A stretch of DNA of 43,481 nt from an uncultured bacterium (lineage in GTDB: Bacteria > Oederibacteriota > CAKKQC01), in contig CAZPLZ010000002.1 in NCBI GenBank assembly GCA_964587525.1, positions 1-43,481 on the forward strand, given 5' to 3'. A program made the translations under genes and the position numbers. A model generated the notes under the pieces. The model ran no database searches and was not told the origin of the DNA. It saw nothing but the letters and a program-made list of their open reading frames with translations. Positions 27,389 through 36,016 of this stretch are shown here, in pieces; within the stretch, counting starts at the first letter, position 1; each line of letters starts with the position of its first letter.

Positions 27389-28078
27389 ATGAACGGCATG
27401 AAGAAAGGACCGCACTACCTCAAGCATAGAAAGCGCCTTAGGGACCGATTCCTCAGATACGGCCTTGACTCCTTCGCGGACTACGAGGCCGTTGAACTTC
27501 TTCTCACCCTTGCCATCCCTCGAAAGGACGTGAAGGAGCAGGCGAAGCGATCGATCGAACGCTTCGGATCGTTTCGTGGTGTCTTGGATGCATCCGTTGA
27601 AGAACTGCGAGAAGTGGAAGGCCTCGGGAATGTAGCGCCAATCGCACTTCACGTTGTCCGAGAAGCCGCCACCCGTTACCTGCGACAGAAAAGTCAGACA
27701 TCGTTCTCACTCGAGCGGCCGGAGACCCTCTTTGACTACTGCCGGAGTAGCTTGGGGGCACTCTCTTACGAAGCCTTCCGCGTCATCTATCTCGATAGCG
27801 CCTGTAAGATTCTTGGAGACGACCTAATCGAGGAGGGCACAGTGGATCGTGCTGCGGTGTACCCTCGGAGGGTAATGGACGCTGCCCTCCGCAAGAAGGC
27901 GGCGGTTCTTGCTTTCACGCACAACCATCCAAACGGCGACGTCAGACCTACCGAGCAGGACAAGGTACTTACACGTGCACTCGTTCTCGCAGCGACCACA
28001 CTCCAGATCAAGGTTCTCGACCACGTCATCGTGTCCAAGGATACAGTGTTCAGCTTTCGTCAGGAAGGATTGCTCTGA
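27389..28078 (+). CDS. radC: RadC-family JAB/MPN domain protein
   Basis: HhH region EELREVEGLGNVAPIAL and JAMM-like motif FTHNHPNGDVRPTEQD. Start set at ATG 27389 rather than the ORF-track 27338, which overlaps the XRE gene. Confidence 0.85.
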   Translation: MNGMKKGPHYLKHRKRLRDRFLRYGLDSFADYEAVELLLTLAIPRKDVKEQAKRSIERFGSFRGVLDASVEELREVEGLGNVAPIALHVVREAATRYLRQKSQTSFSLERPETLFDYCRSSLGALSYEAFRVIYLDSACKILGDDLIEEGTVDRAAVYPRRVMDAALRKKAAVLAFTHNHPNGDVRPTEQDKVLTRALVLAATTLQIKVLDHVIVSKDTVFSFRQEGLL

Positions 28079-30993
28079 TGGAAGTGGCCGAGGCGATCCG
28101 CCGGGCCTACCCTGATCTCAATAGCGCCCAACTTGAGGCCGCCGCTCATGTTGATGGGCCGATGCTGATCATCGCCGGTCCTGGCTCCGGAAAAACATTG
28201 ACCCTCATTGTGAGGGCCATGCAGCTACTGCTGACCGGCCAGGCAGAGCCCCGGCAACTTCTCCTCTGCACGTTTACCGAGAAAGCCGCCTTCGAGATGC
28301 GCGACCGGCTCGCCGCTGCCGCAAGCAAGGTAGGCTATGCCGGTGATCTCTCGGAGCTGACTGTCTCGACCATTCATAGCCTGTGTAACCGGATTCTCAC
28401 GCAGCACCGGCACCGGACCCAGCTGGGTCACAACTACGAAACGCTAGACGAGCTGACTCAACTGTTGTTCATATTCGAGCACTTCGACGAAATCATCGGA
28501 TTGCCGGAAAACGACCTCTTCCTCGGTCGCTGGAAGACACGTTGGACAGCAATCGAAGGCGCGCGGGGCTACTTCGACAAGATCACGGAGGAGCTTGTGG
28601 ACCCGCAGCAAGTGGTTGCGGCGGCCGACCCATCCCTTGCTGCGATCGGCAAGGCATACCTCGCGTATGAGGAAGCGCTCTTCAGCGCGAACCGCGTGGA
28701 TTTCGCCCACCTGCAACGGCTTGTGTACGACCTCCTCCAGGACCCAGCCAACGCTGAGGCGATCCGGCGGGACATCCGGCATGTCCTGGTCGATGAGTAC
28801 CAGGACACCAACTATGTCCAAGAGAAGCTGTTCCTCAAACTGACCGAGAAGACGCAAAACCTATGCGTCGTAGGCGACGAGGACCAGAGCCTCTACCGTT
28901 TCCGCGGCGCCACGGTGCGGAACATCCTGGAGTTCCCGCAGCGGATGCCCGGCTGCAAAGTAGTCAAACTCACGATCAACTACCGCTCCCACCGTGCCAT
29001 CGTCAAGCGCTACGACCGTTGGATGGCCGCCGCGGACTGGTCCAACCCGGCCGGGCCAGCCTTTCGATACGACAAAACGATCCAGGCCGACATGGACGCG
29101 ATCCACCCTGACTACCCAGCCGTGCTTGCGGTCTGGGGTCGCAACCGGCGTGACGAGGCAACGCGCTTCGCCGACATCGTGGCATTTCTCAAAAAGAACG
29201 AAGTGATCGAAGACTACAGCCAAGTAGCGCTTCTCCTACACAGTGTGCAACAGGACCACAGCGGGCCGTACCTCACGGCGCTCGAGGAACGCGGGATTCC
29301 TGCGTTCTGCCCTCGTGCGCGGGCCTACTTCGAGAACGGCGAAATTCGTGATCTGGTGGCCTGTTTCGCCTTGCTCTTCGGCTGGCACGGCGCCAAGCGC
29401 GGCGATGTGGCCGGAGCTGTGGCGGAGCTCGCGGCCTACGTGGATCAGGCGCTTGTGGAGCTGGGACGCCGGTTCGGCGCATCCGACCCGCTCGCCCAAG
29501 CGCTTCAAAAGTGGATCGCCGAGATCGATGCCCTCAACGAGAATGAGGCGCTGGACCTGCGCCCTGCGGACTACTTTTACCAGCTCCTTGCGCTCGAGCC
29601 GTTCGCAAGCACGGTCAAGAACGAAAACGCGGCACGCAACCTCGCGATTTTCTCGCAGCTGCTGAACGTCTTCCAAAGTTACTACCACTACACCGTCGTC
29701 ACGCATCGAAACCGCAACATCATCCGCCTGTACCTTTTCAACAGTTTCCTGCGCTTGCTCTATGACGGCGGCATCAACGAGTATGAGGACCCGGACCAGC
29801 CCTTCCCCAGGGGGCACGTTCAAGTAATGACGATCCACCAGGCCAAAGGACTTGAGTTCCCGGTCGTCATTGCTGGTTCGCTTAGTGCACAGCTCTCGAG
29901 CCCCAAGCGGATCGATTTTGACCTCGGACCCTTCTACCATCGGCCGTCTTTTGAGCCCGAGAAGCGCATCACGCTTTTTGACCGGATGCGTCTTCACTAC
30001 GTCGCCTTCTCGCGAGCGCAGAAGGTACTGGTCCTCACAGCGCATGAGACACCGAAGGATCACTTCGCAACGATCTGGCAGGGCCTCCCGCAGTGGCCCT
30101 ACGTGCAGAAGGAGCTACTCGCCGCCCAGCACTTTGCCCTACACAAGCGGATGCCGGTCAAGAGGACATACAGTTTCACGGGCGATCTCAAGATCTACGA
30201 GACCTGCCCACGACAGTATCAATTCTTCCGTGAGTACGACTTCACGCCCTCACGCTCCGCGGTGATCTTCTTTGGCCTCCTGGTTCATCAGACCATCGAG
30301 GAGATCCATCGCATTGCGCTCGACGGCCGACTCGATCAACTTGATGAGCGGCGCGTTCGTGCGCTCTTCGACCGGACCTTTCAATTCCTGTGCCTTAGCG
30401 ATGTTCGGCCCATTGACGAACGGGCTCGTCAGGCCGCCTTCAGGCAGGTGCTGAATTACTTCCGGCAGAACCGTGATGAAATGCGCCGCGTGATCCAGAC
30501 TGAAGTAGATGTGTCAATCGAGAAGGATAGCTACATCCTCGCCGGGAAGGTGGACCTACTTCTCGGCGGCGATGGCAAGCTTGAGCTCCTGGACTTCAAG
30601 ACCTCACCACGCCCCAAGGAGAGTCCGGCGCTGCTCACGGCGTACGAGAGGCAGCTCTGCACCTACGCGCATGTCCTGGAGCGCCGGCACAGGCGCCACG
30701 TGGAACGGCTGCTCCTTTACTGGACCTCGGAGCCGCGCAAGGAGGATGCGCTCATGGTTCTCCCGTACGAGCCGTGGCGTGCCGAGGAGGCGGGCCGCCA
30801 TTTCGACGAGACCGTTCGGCGCATCCAGGCGCGGGAGTTTAGCGTGAGCCAGCCGCCCGAACCGGCGATCTGCAAGGAGTGCGACATGCGCTCCTACTGC
30901 GTGGCAGACGGAACGTTGCCCGCGGGCGCAGTCGGTCCGGACTCGAAAGCGGAGGCCTTCCTAGTATCTTCCGAGCGGGAGATCGTGATGTGA
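28078..30993 (+). CDS. UvrD/PcrA-type SF1 helicase fused to a Cas4/AddB-type PD-(D/E)xK nuclease with 4-Cys cluster
   Basis: Helicase motifs: AGPGSGKT, VLVDEYQDTN, VGDEDQSLYRFRGA, TIHQAKGLEFPVV, YVAFSRAQ. C-terminal nuclease motifs: ETCPRQYQF, VDLL...LELLDFKT, QLCTYAHVL, CKECDMRSYC. The ATG overlaps the radC stop (TGATG at 28076-28080). Confidence 0.85.
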   Translation: MEVAEAIRRAYPDLNSAQLEAAAHVDGPMLIIAGPGSGKTLTLIVRAMQLLLTGQAEPRQLLLCTFTEKAAFEMRDRLAAAASKVGYAGDLSELTVSTIHSLCNRILTQHRHRTQLGHNYETLDELTQLLFIFEHFDEIIGLPENDLFLGRWKTRWTAIEGARGYFDKITEELVDPQQVVAAADPSLAAIGKAYLAYEEALFSANRVDFAHLQRLVYDLLQDPANAEAIRRDIRHVLVDEYQDTNYVQEKLFLKLTEKTQNLCVVGDEDQSLYRFRGATVRNILEFPQRMPGCKVVKLTINYRSHRAIVKRYDRWMAAADWSNPAGPAFRYDKTIQADMDAIHPDYPAVLAVWGRNRRDEATRFADIVAFLKKNEVIEDYSQVALLLHSVQQDHSGPYLTALEERGIPAFCPRARAYFENGEIRDLVACFALLFGWHGAKRGDVAGAVAELAAYVDQALVELGRRFGASDPLAQALQKWIAEIDALNENEALDLRPADYFYQLLALEPFASTVKNENAARNLAIFSQLLNVFQSYYHYTVVTHRNRNIIRLYLFNSFLRLLYDGGINEYEDPDQPFPRGHVQVMTIHQAKGLEFPVVIAGSLSAQLSSPKRIDFDLGPFYHRPSFEPEKRITLFDRMRLHYVAFSRAQKVLVLTAHETPKDHFATIWQGLPQWPYVQKELLAAQHFALHKRMPVKRTYSFTGDLKIYETCPRQYQFFREYDFTPSRSAVIFFGLLVHQTIEEIHRIALDGRLDQLDERRVRALFDRTFQFLCLSDVRPIDERARQAAFRQVLNYFRQNRDEMRRVIQTEVDVSIEKDSYILAGKVDLLLGGDGKLELLDFKTSPRPKESPALLTAYERQLCTYAHVLERRHRRHVERLLLYWTSEPRKEDALMVLPYEPWRAEEAGRHFDETVRRIQAREFSVSQPPEPAICKECDMRSYCVADGTLPAGAVGPDSKAEAFLVSSEREIVM

Positions 30994-31080
30994 GTATCGG
31001 GCGTGGCCTGGTGACTGAAGTGGGCCGCGGCCCACAAGGCCCGAAAGGCAAGGCTTACTTTATAGAGTAGGAGGCGAAGC

Positions 31081-33117
31081 ATGGCGAAAATCGAGATCAC
31101 GAAGATCGAAATGGTCTGGCCCGGCAAGTACGACGAGGATGGCACCCGCAGCGAAGTGCCACGGGTGAGCCTGCCTTTCCAGGTCATCGAGACCATCAAC
31201 GAAAGCCGCATCACCCGAGAGGCAAAGAAGGACGGCGTACAGAGCACTCTCTTTGACGTCTGGGAGGGGAAAGAAGGTGACACCTTCGAGGCGGGCTGGA
31301 AGAACAAACTCATCTGGGGTGACAACCTGCTCGTCATGGGGTCACTCATGGAGAAATTCGCGGGTAAGATCGATCTCATCTACATCGATCCGCCGTTCGC
31401 AACCGGAGCTGACTTCTCGTTCACCGCGGAAATCGGAGAAAAGAGATTTCGACTGGAGAAGGAGCAGTCCATTCTAGAAGAGAAGGCCTATCGCGACACA
31501 TGGGGCAGTGGGCTAACCAGCTACCTACAGATGATGGCCCCGCGCATTGGCCTCATTCGGGACCTGCTAACACCAAACGGCCATCTTCTCGTTCACCTGG
31601 CACCAAGCATAAGCCCGCAGTTTCGTCTCGTGTTGGATGAAGTATTCGGCGCAGAAAACTTCCGCAATGAGATTGTCGTGCATCGCCCAATAACGAAGAA
31701 CCTCCAGCGCCAGTTCGAAGTCATCACAGCGTTGCCACAGGGCCACGATGTGATCCTATGGTACTCCTCGCAGGCCGCCACCAGAGTCCCAAACTTACTT
31801 GTGCCGTACGACTCAGCCTCCACCGAGGGCTACTGGCACCGTTTCTGGAGCGGTGCGGATCGACCAACTATGCGCTATAAGTTGTTAGGCGAGAAACCCT
31901 CACACGGTCAGTGGAAATGGGAGCGCGAACGAGCCCTACATGCAGTGGCCAACTACGAGAAGTTTCTCAAAGAGGCTCGCGGGCACACGCTCGTCGACTA
32001 CTGGCGTGCAACCGGCGAAGAGCTCGAATTCATCCGAAAGTCGCCGACGGGCACAGTGGAGAACTGGTTTTCGCCAAGCGTCGATAAAGTGGGGGACACA
32101 GTCTGGGACGATCTAAAGGCGTACGAGAACCAGAAGGACTACGCGACTCAGAAACACGAGGAGCTGCTAAAACGAATCGTCGAATGGCTCAGCATCCCTA
32201 GCTCCCTCGTCGCAGATTTCTTCTGCGGCTCCGGCACAACCCTCGCCGTTGCAGAGAAACTGGGCCGACGCTGGATCGGTTGCGATCTGGGCCGCTGGGC
32301 AATCCACATCACCCGTAAGCGACTACTCGGCATTGAGAACTGTAAGCCCTTCGAGGTCCTGAACCTCGGCAAGTACGAGCGTCAGTACTGGCAGGGCGTG
32401 ACCTTCGGCGAGGCGAAGGACAAGCCCCTCACCGAGCGGGCGCTTTACGAGTACCTAGCATTCATCCTCAAGCTCTATGGGGCTCAGCCCGTGGCCGGGA
32501 TGGTTTACTTGCACGGCAAGAAGGGAAAAGCCATGGTCCACATCGGCGCGGTGGACGCGCCGGTTACCATATCCGAGATTGACACCGCAGTGGACGAATG
32601 CGTCAAGCTCAAGCAGAGCGAGCTACACGTACTTGGCTGGGAATGGGAGATGGGCCTCTATGAACTCATGGTCGAGGCCAGCAAGAAGAAGGGTGTGAAG
32701 CTCCTGCTGCTCCAGATCCCACGAGAGGTGATGGAACAACAGGCGGCGGCCAAGGGGGACGTGCACTTCTTTGAGCTGGCGTACCTGGAGGCCGAGATTA
32801 AGAAGCCCAAGCAGCTCACGGCTCAGGTCGCGCTTAAGGACTTCGTGATCCCCAACACCGATTTGATCCCTGAAGAGGTGCGCAGCAAGGTGAAGAAGTG
32901 GTCGGACTACATCGACTACTGGGCGGTGGACTGGGACTTCCGGAATGACACCTTCATGCAGGGGTGGGTGGCCTATCGTACCCGCAAGGAGCGCAAGCTC
33001 CCGCTTTCCTCGGATCCGCACACTTATGAGAAGGCCGGTAGGTACCGCATCCTCGTAAAGGTAATCGACATCTTCGGCAATGATACCTCTCAGGCCTTCG
33101 ACGTGGAGATGAAGTAG
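31081..33117 (+). CDS. mod: Type III restriction-modification DNA methyltransferase (Mod, beta-class N6A/N4C)
   Basis: Motif IV IYIDPPFATGADF precedes motif I FFCGSGTTLAVAEKLGRRWIGCD. GTAGGAGG is the RBS. 678 aa. Confidence 0.85.
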   Translation: MAKIEITKIEMVWPGKYDEDGTRSEVPRVSLPFQVIETINESRITREAKKDGVQSTLFDVWEGKEGDTFEAGWKNKLIWGDNLLVMGSLMEKFAGKIDLIYIDPPFATGADFSFTAEIGEKRFRLEKEQSILEEKAYRDTWGSGLTSYLQMMAPRIGLIRDLLTPNGHLLVHLAPSISPQFRLVLDEVFGAENFRNEIVVHRPITKNLQRQFEVITALPQGHDVILWYSSQAATRVPNLLVPYDSASTEGYWHRFWSGADRPTMRYKLLGEKPSHGQWKWERERALHAVANYEKFLKEARGHTLVDYWRATGEELEFIRKSPTGTVENWFSPSVDKVGDTVWDDLKAYENQKDYATQKHEELLKRIVEWLSIPSSLVADFFCGSGTTLAVAEKLGRRWIGCDLGRWAIHITRKRLLGIENCKPFEVLNLGKYERQYWQGVTFGEAKDKPLTERALYEYLAFILKLYGAQPVAGMVYLHGKKGKAMVHIGAVDAPVTISEIDTAVDECVKLKQSELHVLGWEWEMGLYELMVEASKKKGVKLLLLQIPREVMEQQAAAKGDVHFFELAYLEAEIKKPKQLTAQVALKDFVIPNTDLIPEEVRSKVKKWSDYIDYWAVDWDFRNDTFMQGWVAYRTRKERKLPLSSDPHTYEKAGRYRILVKVIDIFGNDTSQAFDVEMK

Positions 33118-33236
33118 CCACGGCCAAAGCTGTAATTTCCTACGACAAGGATCTCCCCGAGATCCCGGACCGCCGGCCGTGGGAGAAGCCGACATCCTAC
33201 CTTGTCAAGGACGCCGCCGCCCCGACTGGCTGGCGC

Positions 33237-35894
33237 GTGAACGACGCTGGCCGTCGCCCGAGTCGGCTGATGCTTGTCCCCAGAATTCGTGCGGAGGTAG
33301 ACGTCTGGCGGGATGCGGGCTACGCAGGCGCCTCGGATGTGACCAAACGTCTCTTCGAGTATTGGTTCGAAGAGGACCACGAGGTGCCGGGGTTTAGCGT
33401 TCCCTTCCGCTACTGGTTCTGCCAGCGGGAGGCGATGGAAACTCTGGCGTGGCTCATAGAAGTCTTTGGAGAGCGCGACTCAAGAAGGCTCATCGAGGCC
33501 CTTGCGACGATCTTCGAGAAGGACCTCCTGTCGAAGAACATTGAGTTCCAGACCAGCATGGATGGCCGGCGCCAGATCCGCCGCTACATCCCCGAGCTGG
33601 ATGCCGACGGCGTGCAGGACCTCCCCCCTGAGGATCTTCGTCGCTACGCCTTCAAAATGGCAACGGGATCAGGGAAGACCTGGGTCATGGCTATGGCCAT
33701 CATCTGGGCCAGGTTCCACAAGCAGCGTATACCCGGCTCAGATCTGTCAACAAACTTCCTGATCGTCGCGCCAAACGTCATCGTCTACCAGCGCCTCGAA
33801 AAGGACTTTGCCAGTAACCGCATATTCTACGAGTTGCCGCTGATCCCGCCAGAGTGGCGCGGTGCGTTTTCCCAGAAGGTGATTCTACGTGGCGAGGCTA
33901 CGGAGCCTGATCCCTCCGGCAATCTCTTCCTCACCAACATCCATCAACTCTACGAGTCGCGTGATGCGGAGTGGACTCCGCAGAACGCTGTGGAGGCGCT
34001 TCTCGGCAAGAAGCCGGCGCAAGACTTGGCCGCGTCCGGTCAGCGTTCAATGCTGGAGCGGGTGAAGTCACTCCGAGATCTCGTCGTTCTCAACGACGAG
34101 GCACACCACGTTCACGACGAAGACCTGGCCTGGAGCCAGTCGCTACTGGCGATCCATCGCTCGCTGCCCAAGGGGATGCCACTGTGGCTCGACTTCTCCG
34201 CAACGCCTAAGGACCAGAACGGCATGTATTACCCCTGGACGGTGTGCGACTATCCTCTCGCCCAGGCGGTGGAGGACCGGATCGTCAAAGCACCGCTGAT
34301 CGTGACCAAGCAGGATGATCCGAAGCAGCCGAAGCAGGAACCTTCCCGCGTCACCAAGGACAATGTGGCAGAAAAGTACGGCTACTGGCTGCGCGCCGCG
34401 GTTGCTCGCTGGAAGGAACACTGGAAGGTCTACCAGAAACTCGGCACCAGACCAGTCCTGTTCGTAATGACGGAAAAGAACGTATACGCGGATACTTTGG
34501 GCAGGTTCCTATGGAAGACCAAGGAATTCAGCTTAAAGGAGTCTGAAGTCCTCGTGATTCACACCGATGCCGCCGGCGAGATCACCAAGAAGGACCTAGA
34601 GAAGGCCCGCGAGGTCGCGCGGGACATCGACAAGGCCGAGAACAAAATCAAGGCGATCGTGAGCGTCATGATGCTGCGCGAGGGCTGGGACGTTCGCAAC
34701 GTCTCCGTGGTATTGGGGCTGCGCCCCTTCACGGCGAAAGCGGAGATACTTCCCGAGCAGGTCATTGGGCGCGGGCTGCGCCTCATGGCCCAAGTGAGTC
34801 CTGACCGCACGCAAACACTAGAGGTTCTGGGCACGAAGAACCTGCTCGACATCCTGCGCACTCAACTGGAGGCCGAGGGTGTCGGCGTCACGAGCGCCAA
34901 GACGGACCCGCCACCGCCGGTCATCATCGCACCCGTACAGGAGCGGCTCACCTACAACATTGCGATCCCGCTCACGAAGCCAAGCCTTGCACACGACATC
35001 CGCAAGCTCGCCAACTTGAGAGTTGACGAGCTGGAAGCCATCTACGATCAGGAAGAGCTGGCGGAGCCCTTCCGTGTGACGCTAAAACTAGAGTTCGTGA
35101 CTACGGAGACTGAGGTGCACCAGGCCGAATTAGGTGCGGGCGAGCTCCCCCCAGCACACGAACTTATCGCTTCGATCACCAACAAGCTCATCGACCGGGC
35201 CAAGTTGCCCAACCGTTTTGCTGAACTGTATCCCGTGGTACAGCTCTACGTGAGCAACCGTTGCTTCGGTCAGAAGGTAGATCTCGATAATCACAGGCTT
35301 CGCTCCCACCTGGCCCGCATTGAGTTGCAGGAGGGAATCACAAAATACCTGGCCCGCAAGGTCGCCGAGCTGACGGTCGAGCGGAGAGCCATCGAGTTCG
35401 ACAAAGCCGATTTCCGCCTCTCCGAAACGAGACCCTTTAGCTGGCGGCGGGATCTGCCGCCGCTTGAGGCGAGGTCAACCGTGTTCAACTATGTCGCAAC
35501 CTATAATACCTTTGAACGTCGTTTCGCCAGGTTCCTCGACGGCGCCAAGGGTATGCTCCGATTTGCCTCCCTCGGCACTACCGAGCAGGGCGAGTCCGGG
35601 ACGCAGTTCCGTGTTGACTACCTCAAGCCCAGTGGTGCCATCGGCTTCTACCATCCGGACTGGGTCGCGGTGCAGAAAGTGGGAGACGGTGAAGTGAACT
35701 GGATCATCGAAACGAAGGGCCGCGTGTGGGAAGGAACGGCCGATAAAGACACGGCCATCCGCGACTGGTGCGAGAATGTCTCAAAACAGACGGGACAAGT
35801 TTGGCGTTACCTCCGAGTTGACCAGCACATCTTCGGCGACGGCACGTGGGGCAGCTTCCAGGATCTGGTAGATGCGATCTTGAAAGAATCATAA
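33237..35894 (+). CDS. res: Type III restriction enzyme Res subunit (SF2 helicase + C-terminal PD-ExK nuclease)
   Basis: MATGSGKTW (Walker A), LNDEAHHV (DEAH), QVIGRGLR, and C-terminal YHPDW...WIIETKG. Coordinates follow the GTG in the ORF track. The protein-like frame is open upstream to 33084, with a probable original start at the ACG codon at 33120 (see findings). Confidence 0.85.
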   Translation: MNDAGRRPSRLMLVPRIRAEVDVWRDAGYAGASDVTKRLFEYWFEEDHEVPGFSVPFRYWFCQREAMETLAWLIEVFGERDSRRLIEALATIFEKDLLSKNIEFQTSMDGRRQIRRYIPELDADGVQDLPPEDLRRYAFKMATGSGKTWVMAMAIIWARFHKQRIPGSDLSTNFLIVAPNVIVYQRLEKDFASNRIFYELPLIPPEWRGAFSQKVILRGEATEPDPSGNLFLTNIHQLYESRDAEWTPQNAVEALLGKKPAQDLAASGQRSMLERVKSLRDLVVLNDEAHHVHDEDLAWSQSLLAIHRSLPKGMPLWLDFSATPKDQNGMYYPWTVCDYPLAQAVEDRIVKAPLIVTKQDDPKQPKQEPSRVTKDNVAEKYGYWLRAAVARWKEHWKVYQKLGTRPVLFVMTEKNVYADTLGRFLWKTKEFSLKESEVLVIHTDAAGEITKKDLEKAREVARDIDKAENKIKAIVSVMMLREGWDVRNVSVVLGLRPFTAKAEILPEQVIGRGLRLMAQVSPDRTQTLEVLGTKNLLDILRTQLEAEGVGVTSAKTDPPPPVIIAPVQERLTYNIAIPLTKPSLAHDIRKLANLRVDELEAIYDQEELAEPFRVTLKLEFVTTETEVHQAELGAGELPPAHELIASITNKLIDRAKLPNRFAELYPVVQLYVSNRCFGQKVDLDNHRLRSHLARIELQEGITKYLARKVAELTVERRAIEFDKADFRLSETRPFSWRRDLPPLEARSTVFNYVATYNTFERRFARFLDGAKGMLRFASLGTTEQGESGTQFRVDYLKPSGAIGFYHPDWVAVQKVGDGEVNWIIETKGRVWEGTADKDTAIRDWCENVSKQTGQVWRYLRVDQHIFGDGTWGSFQDLVDAILKES

Positions 35895-36016
35895 TCCACA
35901 TACCTCCACATAATCATGATTCAGCGATATCGAGCACTTCGAACAGTTGTCAGAGCTAAGAGCCAGGATCACTGTCAATCACCACGATCTTTGGGGCCGG
36001 CCAACGCGGGGCGGGG

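Noticed and set aside
33179-33397. 72-aa plus-strand ORF overlapping the res 5' region
   Set aside because: It is in a different frame from the conserved Res N-terminal sequence, and its composition is Arg/Gly/Cys-rich.
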